Of a stretch of 64,000 nucleotides of DNA, positions 32,907-42,190 are shown piece by piece. Origin of the DNA: an uncultured Bacteroidales bacterium (lineage in GTDB: Bacteria > Bacteroidota > Bacteroidia > Bacteroidales > VadinHA17); contig CAWFKG010000017.1 in the NCBI GenBank assembly GCA_963816365.1, positions 28,415 to 92,414 on the forward strand. The letters are read 5' to 3'. The notes beneath the pieces are model-generated. The model did no database searches and was not told where the DNA came from. It was given only the letters and a program-made list of their open reading frames with translations. Within the stretch, counting starts at the first letter, position 1. Each line of letters opens with the position of its first letter. A program made the position numbers and the translations under genes.

Positions 32907-35676
32907 ATGAAAAAGACATTACTTTTTTTAATTTCTATTTTATTTGGAGTTTCTGCAGCCGGTCAACTGGTGGGGGATGGGTTAACCCCGGCTACCGCCT
33001 ATTGTGGAACTATTACTAATGCTCAATCATGGATGTTTGCTTACAATGGTGGCACAATCTATGTTGGACAAACCGGCAATGAGGATTTAACAGTTACCAC
33101 CGGAGGTTCCCTGACAATTGAGGCTGGAGTGACTATAAAATTTTGCACCACAGCCTCGGACCTGAAAATTACAAATACAGGACGGCTGACAGCAAATGGT
33201 TCTGGTTCTTCCTATATTACATTTACAAAAGATACCCAGGCAACCTGGGGTCATATAACCATTACTGGCACAGGATCTTGTCAATTATCTTATTGTACAA
33301 TAGAGTGGGGAATGAAAACTGGTGGAGGTATCGATGGATATGGCGGAGGTTTGCATATTAAGAATTCAAATGTCAATGTTTCAAATTGTACAATTAGTAA
33401 ATAACTATGCATTATGGGGCGGTGGAATTATGGTTGATGCATCTGCCAGTCCGGTGATTAGTAATTGTTTAATTTATTCAAACATAAGTACAAATGGAGG
33501 TGGAGGAGTTGAGAGTGATATCGGATCCGGTCCTGCTTTTATTAATTGCCTAATAAGAAATAATAGTAATACCGGTTCCACTTATGGAGGAGGGGGGATT
33601 TTGTTGTGGCAAACAGGTTTGGCAAAGTTAGTAAACTGTACTATTGTCAATAATTCTTCATCCGGCAATAAAGGTGTTAATGTTTACTTTTATGGAACGA
33701 CCGGTGGAAGCTTGATTAATACAATTGCCTGGAGTACTGAGAATTGCGTATTTTTTAACGGATCATATCAATCTTCAAGTCTTATTAATTCTGCAATACA
33801 AAGAGCTTATAACAGAACCGGAACAATTGCAATGACAGCTTTTACTAATTGTATAGATTTAGGTACCACAAATACAGGAATCGACGGTCCGAATTTTGTA
33901 GATCCAAATAATCTGAATTACGAAATTACTTCTATTTCACCCTGTCACAATGCCGGAACTTCAGTTGGAGCTCCAACTACAGATATTTTAGGCAATCCCA
34001 GAACTTTGCCTTATGACATCGGTGCGTATGAATTTATTTCCAACTCCTGGAAATTAACTGCTGCAACAACTGACTGGACAAATGCAGCCAATTGGAACGG
34101 CGGTGTTCCGACAAGTACTAGTGATGTTGTTATCCCTTCCGGAGCCACAAATTATCCGATAAGCACACCTGCTCCTGATTTTACCCTGGGCTCCGGGAAT
34201 AATATGACTCTTGGCCCGGGAGCTAAAGCAACACTGGGTGCTTTCACAAACCATGGCACATTAATTCTTCAGTCCGATGCAGCCTCCGGCTCTGCGTCCT
34301 TAATTGTAAGTTCCTATTCAGGTAATGATGCAACTGTTGAAATATATCTTACCGGAGGAAATCCTGGTGCTCCGACACTGAAATTAAACAAGTGGCATTT
34401 TATTTCCACACCAGTTGCTTTATTGCCCGTAAGTACATTTGCTCCGACCTATACAACAAATGTTGTCGGCTGGTATGACAACCAGGTTTCAGGTACCCTG
34501 GCCTCCGGCTGGATTGCTTATGACGGTTACAGATACTCGACAGGTGGTTTAGGGGGACCAACATTTACAAATCTTACACCCGGAAACGGTTATGACTTTT
34601 TTGCAACCACAGACAGGAATTACTCTTTCTCTGGTCAGCTTAACACAGGAACCTTCGTAATGAATCTGAATTTTACCACTCCCCCGGGCAGCTCATCTCT
34701 TAACGGGTTTAATCTTCTAGGCAACCCCTTCTCTTCGGGTCTCGACTGGGATTATATATTAACCAATACCCCTTACCCCGCAAGTACAAGCAAAGCCCTG
34801 TACTTTACAAGAGACAATGCTCAGTGTTCCTACATAAACGGAGTTGGCATACCCTCAGATGTAACTGGTATTATGCCACCAATGCAAGGGTTCTTTATTA
34901 AGACGTACAGCACAGGAAACTCCATTACCCTTCCTGCAGAAGCACGTGTCCAGGGCGGTATCCATGCCAGGTATAAAGGGCTTGAAATAATACCTCTTGT
35001 TCGTTTAAAATTAGCACAGGACACATTATCTGATGAGACTGTGGTGCGTTTTGATGCAGCAGCAAAATCAGGACTTGATTATGATTTTGATGCACCTAAA
35101 ATGTTTCTCTCATCCGATGTTCTTTCTATCTACACTGTCTCGGAGGGTTCAGATTTTGCTATAGATGGTCTGCCATTTCCTGACACATTCATTGAAATAC
35201 CTGTTGTTGTTAATCTTACCACATCAGGTAACCATTCTATTACCACAACTCAATTACAGGGACTCGACAACTATGATGTCACTCTGATTGATAATACTAC
35301 AGGCATTAGTACCAATCTTAAGACTACCCCTGTTATTAACTTTTCAGCCTCAACCGGAACAATTGCTGACAGGTTTGTCATGAAGGTTGGTACAATAACA
35401 ACCGGAATTGATAATCCGGTCATATCGAACAATACTTTTAATATCTATCCTGTAAACAATATGATCAACATCAGGACTGTCGCTGATGAATGGGATGGAA
35501 AATCAGGTTCTGTAAGAGTTATTGATCTTACCGGTCGAACTGCAGGCTATATCGATAATGCTGAGTTCAGCAAAAACTCACTGATCCAGGTCGCAGCTCC
35601 GGTTACAAAAGGAATCTATTTTGTTGAAATACGGTCAGGGGTGATGAGGTATGTGGGGAAGGTGGTGATAAGATAG
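32907..35676 (+). CDS. T9SS-secreted protein with right-handed parallel beta-helix repeats, one frameshift at ~33392
   Basis: Signal peptide MKKTLLFLISILFGVSAAGQ. Repeats of the type NCTI.NN....GGGI follow, and the C-terminus KGIYFVEIRSGVMRYVGKVVIR is a T9SS sorting domain. The frame is restored by shortening AAA at 33392-33394. Confidence 0.8.
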
Positions 35677-35783
35677 GCGTCAGGTGACGGGCGTCTGGTT
35701 GAGGCGACGGGCGGGAGGCAACACCCGATGCCTATTGCATGATGCTAAAGCCCGATGCCGTTGCCCGATGCCTGAAGCCGACT
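35677..35783. repeat. empty hairpin, (CGTCAGG/GACGGGC)n against (CCCGATG/CCTGAAG)n heptamers
   Basis: Left arm 35677-35722 starts at the base after the T9SS gene stop. The right arm is 35723-35783. Complementarity is imperfect. Confidence 0.7.
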
Positions 35784-35977
35784 TTAAACATGCTCCTTAA
35801 TTAAAGTTCGGAGAACAATGAATTTGTGAATTATTTTAAATAAAGTATTTTTGTAGCACATCTTGAAATTATCTGATTGCATTTGAAGAGCAAGTCGCCA
35901 AAATATATCATCTAAAAAACCATATAGCAAACCCGAGGTTTCCAGAATAGCGCTGGATAATATCAATTTCTCTGGTT

Positions 35978-36088
35978 ATGATGACTGATATACCTCCCAA
36001 CCCTGACCCAAGAGGTTTGAAGGGTGGCGGGAAAAAGGGTAATGATACTCCGTTTCAGAGCCCGTTCGGGGATAAGCCCTTCTCTTAA
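35978..36088 (+). CDS. possible 36-aa small ORF (MMTDIPPNPDPRGLKGGGKKGNDTPFQSPFGDKPFS)
   Basis: It lies between a TATTTTTG box (35846-35853) and an intrinsic terminator (36105-36137). I recognise no homology, and it is below the ORF-track cutoff. Confidence 0.2.
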   Translation: MMTDIPPNPDPRGLKGGGKKGNDTPFQSPFGDKPFS

Positions 36089-36104
36089 AACGAAATTCTA
36101 TAGA

Positions 36105-36137
36105 ATAAGAGCCTGAGATTTGGCTCTTATTTGTTTC
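36105..36137 (+). terminator. intrinsic terminator-like hairpin, possibly bidirectional
   Basis: ATAAGAGCC - TGAGATTT - GGCTCTTAT followed by TTGTTTC. The complementary strand also runs into a T-rich tract. Confidence 0.55.
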
Positions 36138-36140
36138 TAA

Positions 36141-36657
36141 GTGTTGCTGGTTGCTGGTTGCTGGTTACTTCTTACGATAATTAGCAATTAGCAACTAGCA
36201 ACTCGTAACTAGCAACTGGCTAAGTTTTCCAATCAGATTCTACATATTTGATGAAATTGTTAATCATTTTTCCTAAAGTGTCAAGATCCTTAAGAATTTC
36301 TACAAATTCTGAAATCTTTGGGTACAGTTCAATAACAGTAACTGCCTGATTAGTTGCTTCATCGCAGGAAGCTTGAGAATAAACTAAATAACGAATAAAC
36401 TCGGCTTTATACCTTCTTCTGCCGTATCCTTCGACAATATTATCCTTTACGCTTTTTGTCGATCTTCGGATTTGACTTCCTTGTTCATATAGTTCAAACT
36501 GAGGTAACTTAAGTGATGCCTTGTGTACCCTTATAGCTATAACATACGCCAGCTTATAAATTTCCAAATCTTTATAACTCTTCATAATTATTCCTTTCTA
36601 CTTTAGCACGAGCAACAAGCAACAAGCAACAAGCAACTAGAAACTAGAAACCAGAAC
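36141..36657. mobile_element. hairpin-bounded cassette b, arms (TTGCTGG)n / (AGCAACN)n with two alternative right-hand partners
   Basis: 36141-36167 can pair with 36178-36218 (local) or with 36605-36657 (across the gene). Confidence 0.65.
36220..36585 (-). CDS. four-helix-bundle protein (PF05635-like, second subfamily)
   Basis: Intact 121-aa ORF with GSQIRRSTKSVKDNIVEGYGRRRYKAEFIRYL. Confidence 0.8.
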   Translation of the reverse strand: MKSYKDLEIYKLAYVIAIRVHKASLKLPQFELYEQGSQIRRSTKSVKDNIVEGYGRRRYKAEFIRYLVYSQASCDEATNQAVTVIELYPKISEFVEILKDLDTLGKMINNFIKYVESDWKT

Positions 36658-36784
36658 TAATTTACGTGTTATTTTGAAATAATTCGCCTTATTTCCAAAC
36701 CTTTATGATTTTTTTTCGTTAAATTTATGCCTGATTAGCCTTTTCTGCTGGTTGAAGCACAGATTTATAACTTAATCCTGACCA

Positions 36785-39158
36785 ATGAAAAACCGGGTAA
36801 TTTCAATTTTAATTCTATTTATTATCGGCATAAGAATAAGCGCCCAGTCTTCGGAAACTATATACCAGGGTTCGGTTATCAAGGCCGGGCCTGTCGATGA
36901 TGCCGCATATGGGCCATTTAACATAGGATTTAATTTTACCTATTTTGGAAACTCTTATAGTCAGTTTTATGTCAGTACAAATGGTCTGGTATTATTCTCA
37001 GCTGATCCTGCAAATATTTCCTTCATTTCAAATGCAATTCCTGATCCTGCAGCACCGAATAACTTCATAGCTGCTTTCTGGGATGATCTTACTATTGACG
37101 GTACCGGATCAATTTTGTATTCAACTATAGGTGCAGCTCCGAACAGAAAACTGATAATCCAGTTCAGGAATATGGGATTTCATCGTTTTCCTGCCTTCAT
37201 GGGAACTTTTGCAGTCATTCTTCATGAAACATCGAACATAATACAGGTCCAGTACCGAATAATAGTTGATAACACCTCATCAATAGCCCATGGTAAAAAT
37301 GCTGCAATAGGAATTGAGAACGCAGACGGGACAGCAGGAGTTCAGTATGCTTATCATGACTCTACTGCCGTTGCAACCGGCAAGGCTTTATCATATACTC
37401 CTTCAGGTGCATCCTATACCTTAAACACAGATGCTATCTATGATGGTATATATCTCACAACTAATGTAACACTGCCTGAACCAGGAATTCCAATACTCTT
37501 AAGTCCGCCTCAGGATGCTATTATTGGCACTGATTATACTTTTTCATGGGCAGATGCAGGGAATGCTGCTTCATATGCATTACTGATCTCCAATTCACCC
37601 GACCTGGCCGGAGCATCATTTTATTCTGCAGGGACAGCCACATCATTTGAAGTTACAGGTCTCACTCTTGACACAACTTTATATTGGGGCGTTTTTGCCA
37701 CTAATGCCACCGGAACTACCTGGTGTGAGATAAAAAGGTTTACGACAAGTGCCACTCCTCCACTCGCTGCAGTTCCTCAGATAATCTGGGTAGGACAGAA
37801 CCAGGATAAGAAGATCAAACTGGAGTATACTGGAGGAGACGCCTCTGCTAAAAGTGCAATTATCACATCTCTGCCTGCCGAGGGACAACTTTATCAGTAT
37901 TATGGGGGTACAAGAGGCAGCCTAATAACCTCTGTTCCAACAAATGTCTCTGATATAAATAGAAATATCATATATGCTGCAACCGGTAACACTGGTAACT
38001 CTGCTGGCAATTTTAATTTTAAAATCAGCGACAACGGTGGAAGTTCTCCTGAAGCAACAGTTACAATTAATGTCAGTTCTCCTGAAAGTCCCAATGTATT
38101 GTACACTTCAAAAAGTACAAATGTGGAAATTCAGTTCGATATACAAATGGCTGACCCGACAGGTAAACAGAATCAGTTTATTGTGACTGTGGATGGAAAT
38201 CGTGCAGCAATAAGCTCAGCTGGCCTGAAAGACGGAGATCCTCGCACCTTTGTGCTTACTCTGGCAACACCTCTTACCGGAACAGAAACTGTGCTTGTAT
38301 CATATACACAAGGAGATATAACCGGATCAACCGGAGGAATTCTGGTCTCATTTACAGATCAGGCAGTTACACTAAAGTCACAGACTATCAATTTCCCGGT
38401 TATCCCTGATAAACTAATTGGGGACCCACCATTCAATCCGGGGGCGACAGCATCCAGTCTGCTTGGAATAACATATTCAAGCTCAAATCTTTCTGTTGCA
38501 ACTTCCCTGGGAAGTAATATTACTATTCTGTCAGTTGGAACCTCTGATATTACTGCGCTTCAGGCAGGAAATGGAACCTATGCTCCGGCCAGATATACCA
38601 GGACATTAACAGTGAATCCGTTAACCAAGTTAAATCAGACAATAACCTTTGGAGCCCTTCCCAGTAAAATTACCGGAGATGCAGACTTCTTTCTTACGGC
38701 AACAGCCAGCTCAGGCTTAAGCATAGCTTATACAAGTGATAATCCATCTGTTGCAACTGTAACAGGAAACATGGTTCATATTGTTGGCACCGGATCGAGC
38801 AGTAATTACCGCATCCCAGGCAGGAGATATTATTTATAATGCAGCTGCAGATGTACCACAAACTCTTGTTGTCAATCTGTCGACAGGTTTAGAGGATAAC
38901 ACATTATCCCGAAGTAATTTCAATATTTATTCAGCAGGTGGGCTGATTAATATACAGCCACTTACTGATGATTGGAATGGGAAAAAAGGTACTGTAAAAA
39001 TCTTCAATACTACCGGACAAACAGTAAGCATTTTACAGGGAATGGAGTTTCAAAAGAATTCATTAATACAGGTTGATGCTCCCGCGCAGCAGGGGATTTA
39101 TATTATTGAACTAAAGTCCGGAGTAAGACGATATGTTGCAAAGGTGATAATTCGTTAA
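36785..39158 (+). CDS. T9SS-secreted large surface protein (Ig-like/FN3-like repeats), one frameshift at ~38800
   Basis: Signal peptide MKNRVISILILFIIGIRISAQ. ORFs 36785..38839 and 38781..39158. The C-terminus QGIYIIELKSGVRRYVAKVIIR is a T9SS sorting domain. Confidence 0.8.
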
Positions 39159-39210
39159 CCCCGAAGCCTGATACCTGATGCCTGATGCCTGATGCCTGAT
39201 GCCTGATACC
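39159..39210. repeat. tandem heptamer array (CCTGATG/CCTGATA) x7, a single arm without an adjacent partner
   Basis: CCCCGAAGCCTGATACCTGATGCCTGATGCCTGATGCCTGATGCCTGATACC fills the whole gap between the convergent stops at 39158 and 39215. Confidence 0.85.
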
Positions 39211-39214
39211 TTTA

Positions 39215-39766
39215 TTAAACCTTCTTCAGAAAGCTCATCGGTATCTTCAGTATAAGATTCTGATCAAGCTTGTCAATCCTGACCACAACACGGTTTTTGC
39301 TGCCAATTTTAATTAGTTCGCCTGTCAGGCCGATGAGAGAGCCATTTATTACCTCAACATTATCACCCTGCTCGAATTTTTCGGACGAGACTTCTATTTC
39401 AGCATCACTGTTTATAAGAAGACGAAGGTTATCGATTTGGTTCTGCGGAATTGAGACAGGTTGCCCCTCGAAGGAGACAAATTTTACCACACCGATGATC
39501 TTATAGACCCGGGGAAAATGCTTCTTTTTGGTTTTTACAAATATGTATGACGAGAGCAGTGGTTTTTCAACAAGCTTCTTACGGTCGCTCCACATCCTGT
39601 AGGTCTTCTGAAGCGGGAGAAAGGTTTCAATACCTTCCTCAACGAGTCGTTGAAATACCTGCTTCTCAGCTCTTGGACGTGTATATAGGGCATACCATTT
39701 TTCTTCAGAGATACCGGGAGTAATAATTATTTCTTCCTCCGAGAATATGTTGTTGTGGCCGTTCAT
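39215..39766 (-). CDS. UpxY-family (NusG-like, KOW) transcription antiterminator
   Basis: Intact 183-aa ORF with WYALYTRPRAEKQVFQRLVEEGIETFLPL..SSYIFVK and a C-terminal KOW-like GDNVEVINGSLIGLTGELI. Confidence 0.8.
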   Translation of the reverse strand: MNGHNNIFSEEEIIITPGISEEKWYALYTRPRAEKQVFQRLVEEGIETFLPLQKTYRMWSDRKKLVEKPLLSSYIFVKTKKKHFPRVYKIIGVVKFVSFEGQPVSIPQNQIDNLRLLINSDAEIEVSSEKFEQGDNVEVINGSLIGLTGELIKIGSKNRVVVRIDKLDQNLILKIPMSFLKKV

Positions 39767-39788
39767 TATTGTCTATTGAAAACGGTTT

Positions 39789-39796
39789 CAAAGATA
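39789..39796 (-). promoter_or_regulatory. candidate Bacteroidota -7 box TATCTTTG for the UpxY gene
   Basis: It matches the TAnnTTTG consensus and lies 22 nt upstream of the ATG at 39766. Confidence 0.4.
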
Positions 39797-39819
39797 ATTT
39801 TTTTTAAGTTAAATGTTCA

Positions 39820-40366
39820 TTTCTTTTGCTTGCCCAAAAGAACCTAGCAGAAAGTAAAGGCCCGGATTGCAAATCCGCGCCAGCGTCTGCGAGTCAATTG
39901 CCCACGCATTACCTACGTCCGACGAAGTCGGCGAGTTCTCCGCCTGTCGGCGGATCGGTGTCTTCTTATCTAAATCCATGTCACTTTCTTTTTCTTGATA
40001 AAAAGAAAGTAACCAAAGAAAAATCAAGGCTGCAGATAATTTTGGGGCTCCCGTTTTGAGGTTTGCCCACGCAATACAACTCGTCGTCCTGCGTCCTCCT
40101 CAAACAGTATTGCTTACTAAAAGCCACCGCAACAAACCTCAAAACTGTCGCTTTCCCTACAGGCTTGCTCCTTCGCTAAAATTGCCTGCCGGCAATTTCT
40201 TAACGCTCAGCCCTCCCAAAATTCTCTGAGGCCGTCTAAATTCCAATTAACACTCAATATCTCAGTAAATATTCTAAGTTATGGCGCGAGGGAAAGGCGG
40301 AAATGGTGCGAACTTCAGACAAAAGGGTAGCGCCAATAAGGCCAGTGTAGCGGGCGCCCGTTTTGA
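39820..40366 (+). ncRNA. candidate structured RNA or cluster of stem-loops in a GC-enriched intergenic tract; class unknown
   Basis: At least 8 short perfect stem-loops, nested 13-bp (40053-40065 / 40133-40145) and 7-bp (40071-40077 / 40107-40113) helices, and a terminator-like CGGGCGCCCG+TTTT at 40351-40364. The strand assignment is tentative. Confidence 0.3.
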
Positions 40367-40476
40367 AATGAACAAATTAATCAAAATTTAGATTTGAACC
40401 TCTCCATCAATCAAATTAAAATAGATTGCAACCCTGTTAGAAACACCAAATGATCATTTAAAGAACAAATAATTTT

Positions 40477-40484
40477 ATATTTGT
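40477..40484 (+). promoter_or_regulatory. candidate -7 box TATATTTG for the wzi-like gene
   Basis: It matches TAnnTTTG and lies 16 nt upstream of the ATG at 40501. Confidence 0.4.
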
Positions 40485-40500
40485 CAATAAATGACCTGAG

Positions 40501-42173
40501 ATGTCTGACCTGAGAAAAAAACTCTTCCTGTTTTGTATTGTAAGTATAATTGTACTGAATACAAATCTGCTTAGCCAGGAGGTTCCGCAATCAGTGAGCA
40601 ATACCGGGATCTACGAATTCCTTGATGAACTGGCAAACAACCATATAATATCAATCAATTCAGCTGTAAAACCTTACTCGCGGTTATTCATATCAAAGCG
40701 CCTTAAAGAGGCAGAAGAGAAAAAAGATCAGCTTAATGCCAGACAGCAGAAAGAGCTCGATTTCTATCTGATGGATTTCGGGAAAGAGATTAATAATGAA
40801 TGGCTTAATGGCGCAAAGGCACAAACCACCGCAAGGCCGGGGTATGGCTCAATGGCACAAAGGAACAACGAGAGAATGGCCCTCGGAAACGGATTGATCT
40901 GTTCTATTATCAGGATTCAGTTTTCTCTTTGACAATAAATCCTGTGCTCGGAGGAGAGATATTTGGCAACTCCTCAGGCATTGCATATTATGCACGCAAC
41001 GGCGCAGAAGCACGCGGATATATTCAGAAATGGGGATTCTATGCTTCACTTGGTGATAACCATGAGAAACCACTTCTTGGATTGCCTCAATATCTCACTC
41101 CCAGGGTTAACGGTCATATAAAAGGTACTTCTGACTGGAGCGAGATGAAAGGCGGGATTACTTATTCGTGGAAATGGGGAAATGCAGGACTGGTAAAAGA
41201 TAATCAGCAATGGGGAAACAATTACAACGGAGCAAATATATTCGGAGGAAATAATCCGACATTTGTCCAGTTAAGGCTTCATATCTCTCCGGTAAAATGG
41301 TTTGATTTCAATTATTTCCATGGCTGGCTAAATTCTATGGTCGTTGACAGTGCCCATTCCTTCTGGGTTACAAATAGTTATGGTACCAGTTACCGGAGGG
41401 TATATCATAAAAAGTTCATAGCTGCCAATATGTTCACATTCACCCCTTTTAAATATCTTAACATATCGGCGGGAAACAGTATTGTTTATGATAATGATAA
41501 TGCCAATCCGGCCTATCTGATACCACTTTTCTTTTACAAGTCGGTCGATCATTCCTTAACTTACGGCATTACCAACATGAACTCACAGATGTTTTTTGAC
41601 ATCAGCTCACGACAGATAAAAAACACTCATATTTATGCCACTTTGTTCGTTGATGAACTGTCAGTGAGCCGTTTCACTGAAAAAGATCAATGGAACTTCT
41701 TAAGCTACAAAGCCGGATTCAGATTAGATGATCTTCCATTTCCCAACCTTTCATTCACAACTGAGTTCACATATACTTATCCTTTGACATATCAACATAA
41801 TGTGCCTACTCTTACATTTGAGAATGCAGGATATAACCTGGGATATTATCTGAAGGATAACTCCAGGGAATGGTACGTTGCATTTGATTACCGTCCTTTC
41901 AGAACTCTGGATCTAAATCTCTGCTTTATTGATGCAATACGTGGTCCGGATTATACGGAACTTGGTGTATACCGAATTGGTAATCCGCCGTTGGTTTCAG
42001 TTCAATGGCATAATACATCATACGGAATTAAAGCTTCTTACCAGGTTATAAATGATCTTTATACCTGGTTCTCATTTACAGCAGGCAATATAACAGGCGA
42101 TGCAAGATGGAGTCCGGAATATTTTTTCGGAAAAAAGAATACTGTGAATCTGGGTGTTACTTTTGGGTTTTAA
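40501..42173 (+). CDS. capsule assembly Wzi-family outer-membrane protein, one frameshift at ~40887
   Basis: ORFs 40501..40932 and 40929..42173. The frame is restored by lengthening AAA at 40887-40889 (..RMALGKRIDLFYYQDSVFSLTINPVLGG..). The C-terminal region is beta-barrel-like. Confidence 0.65.
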
Positions 42174-42190
42174 TGGCCTCACTGCAGCTT

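Noticed and set aside
39809-40059. ORFs 39809..40027 (minus) and 39826..40059 (plus) as protein-coding genes
   Set aside because: They overlap each other completely on opposite strands and have odd composition and no recognisable motif. They lie in the stem-loop-rich tract, so they are most likely non-coding.
40053-40145. A 13-bp perfect inverted repeat as the boundary of an invertible capsule promoter
   Set aside because: It encloses only 67 bp, far shorter than the known Bacteroides invertible promoters. It contains no TAnnTTTG box, and no recombinase gene is in the window.
40283-40366. GAGGGAAAGGCGGAAATGGTGCGAA...GCCAGTG resembles fragments of a cobalamin riboswitch
   Set aside because: The spacing and the conserved core (CCCGC..ACTG, B12 box context) do not match. 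The downstream gene (wzi-like) has no link to B12 and has its own proximal promoter.
40806-40868. AATGGCGCAAAGGCACAAAC / AATGGCACAAAGGAACAAC direct repeats inside the wzi-like gene, resembling the arms of cassette c, as a possible repeat insertion causing the frameshift
   Set aside because: The frame break is explained by a one-base A-run change at 40887-40889. The repeat segment stays open in the upstream frame, and the two copies are direct rather than inverted.
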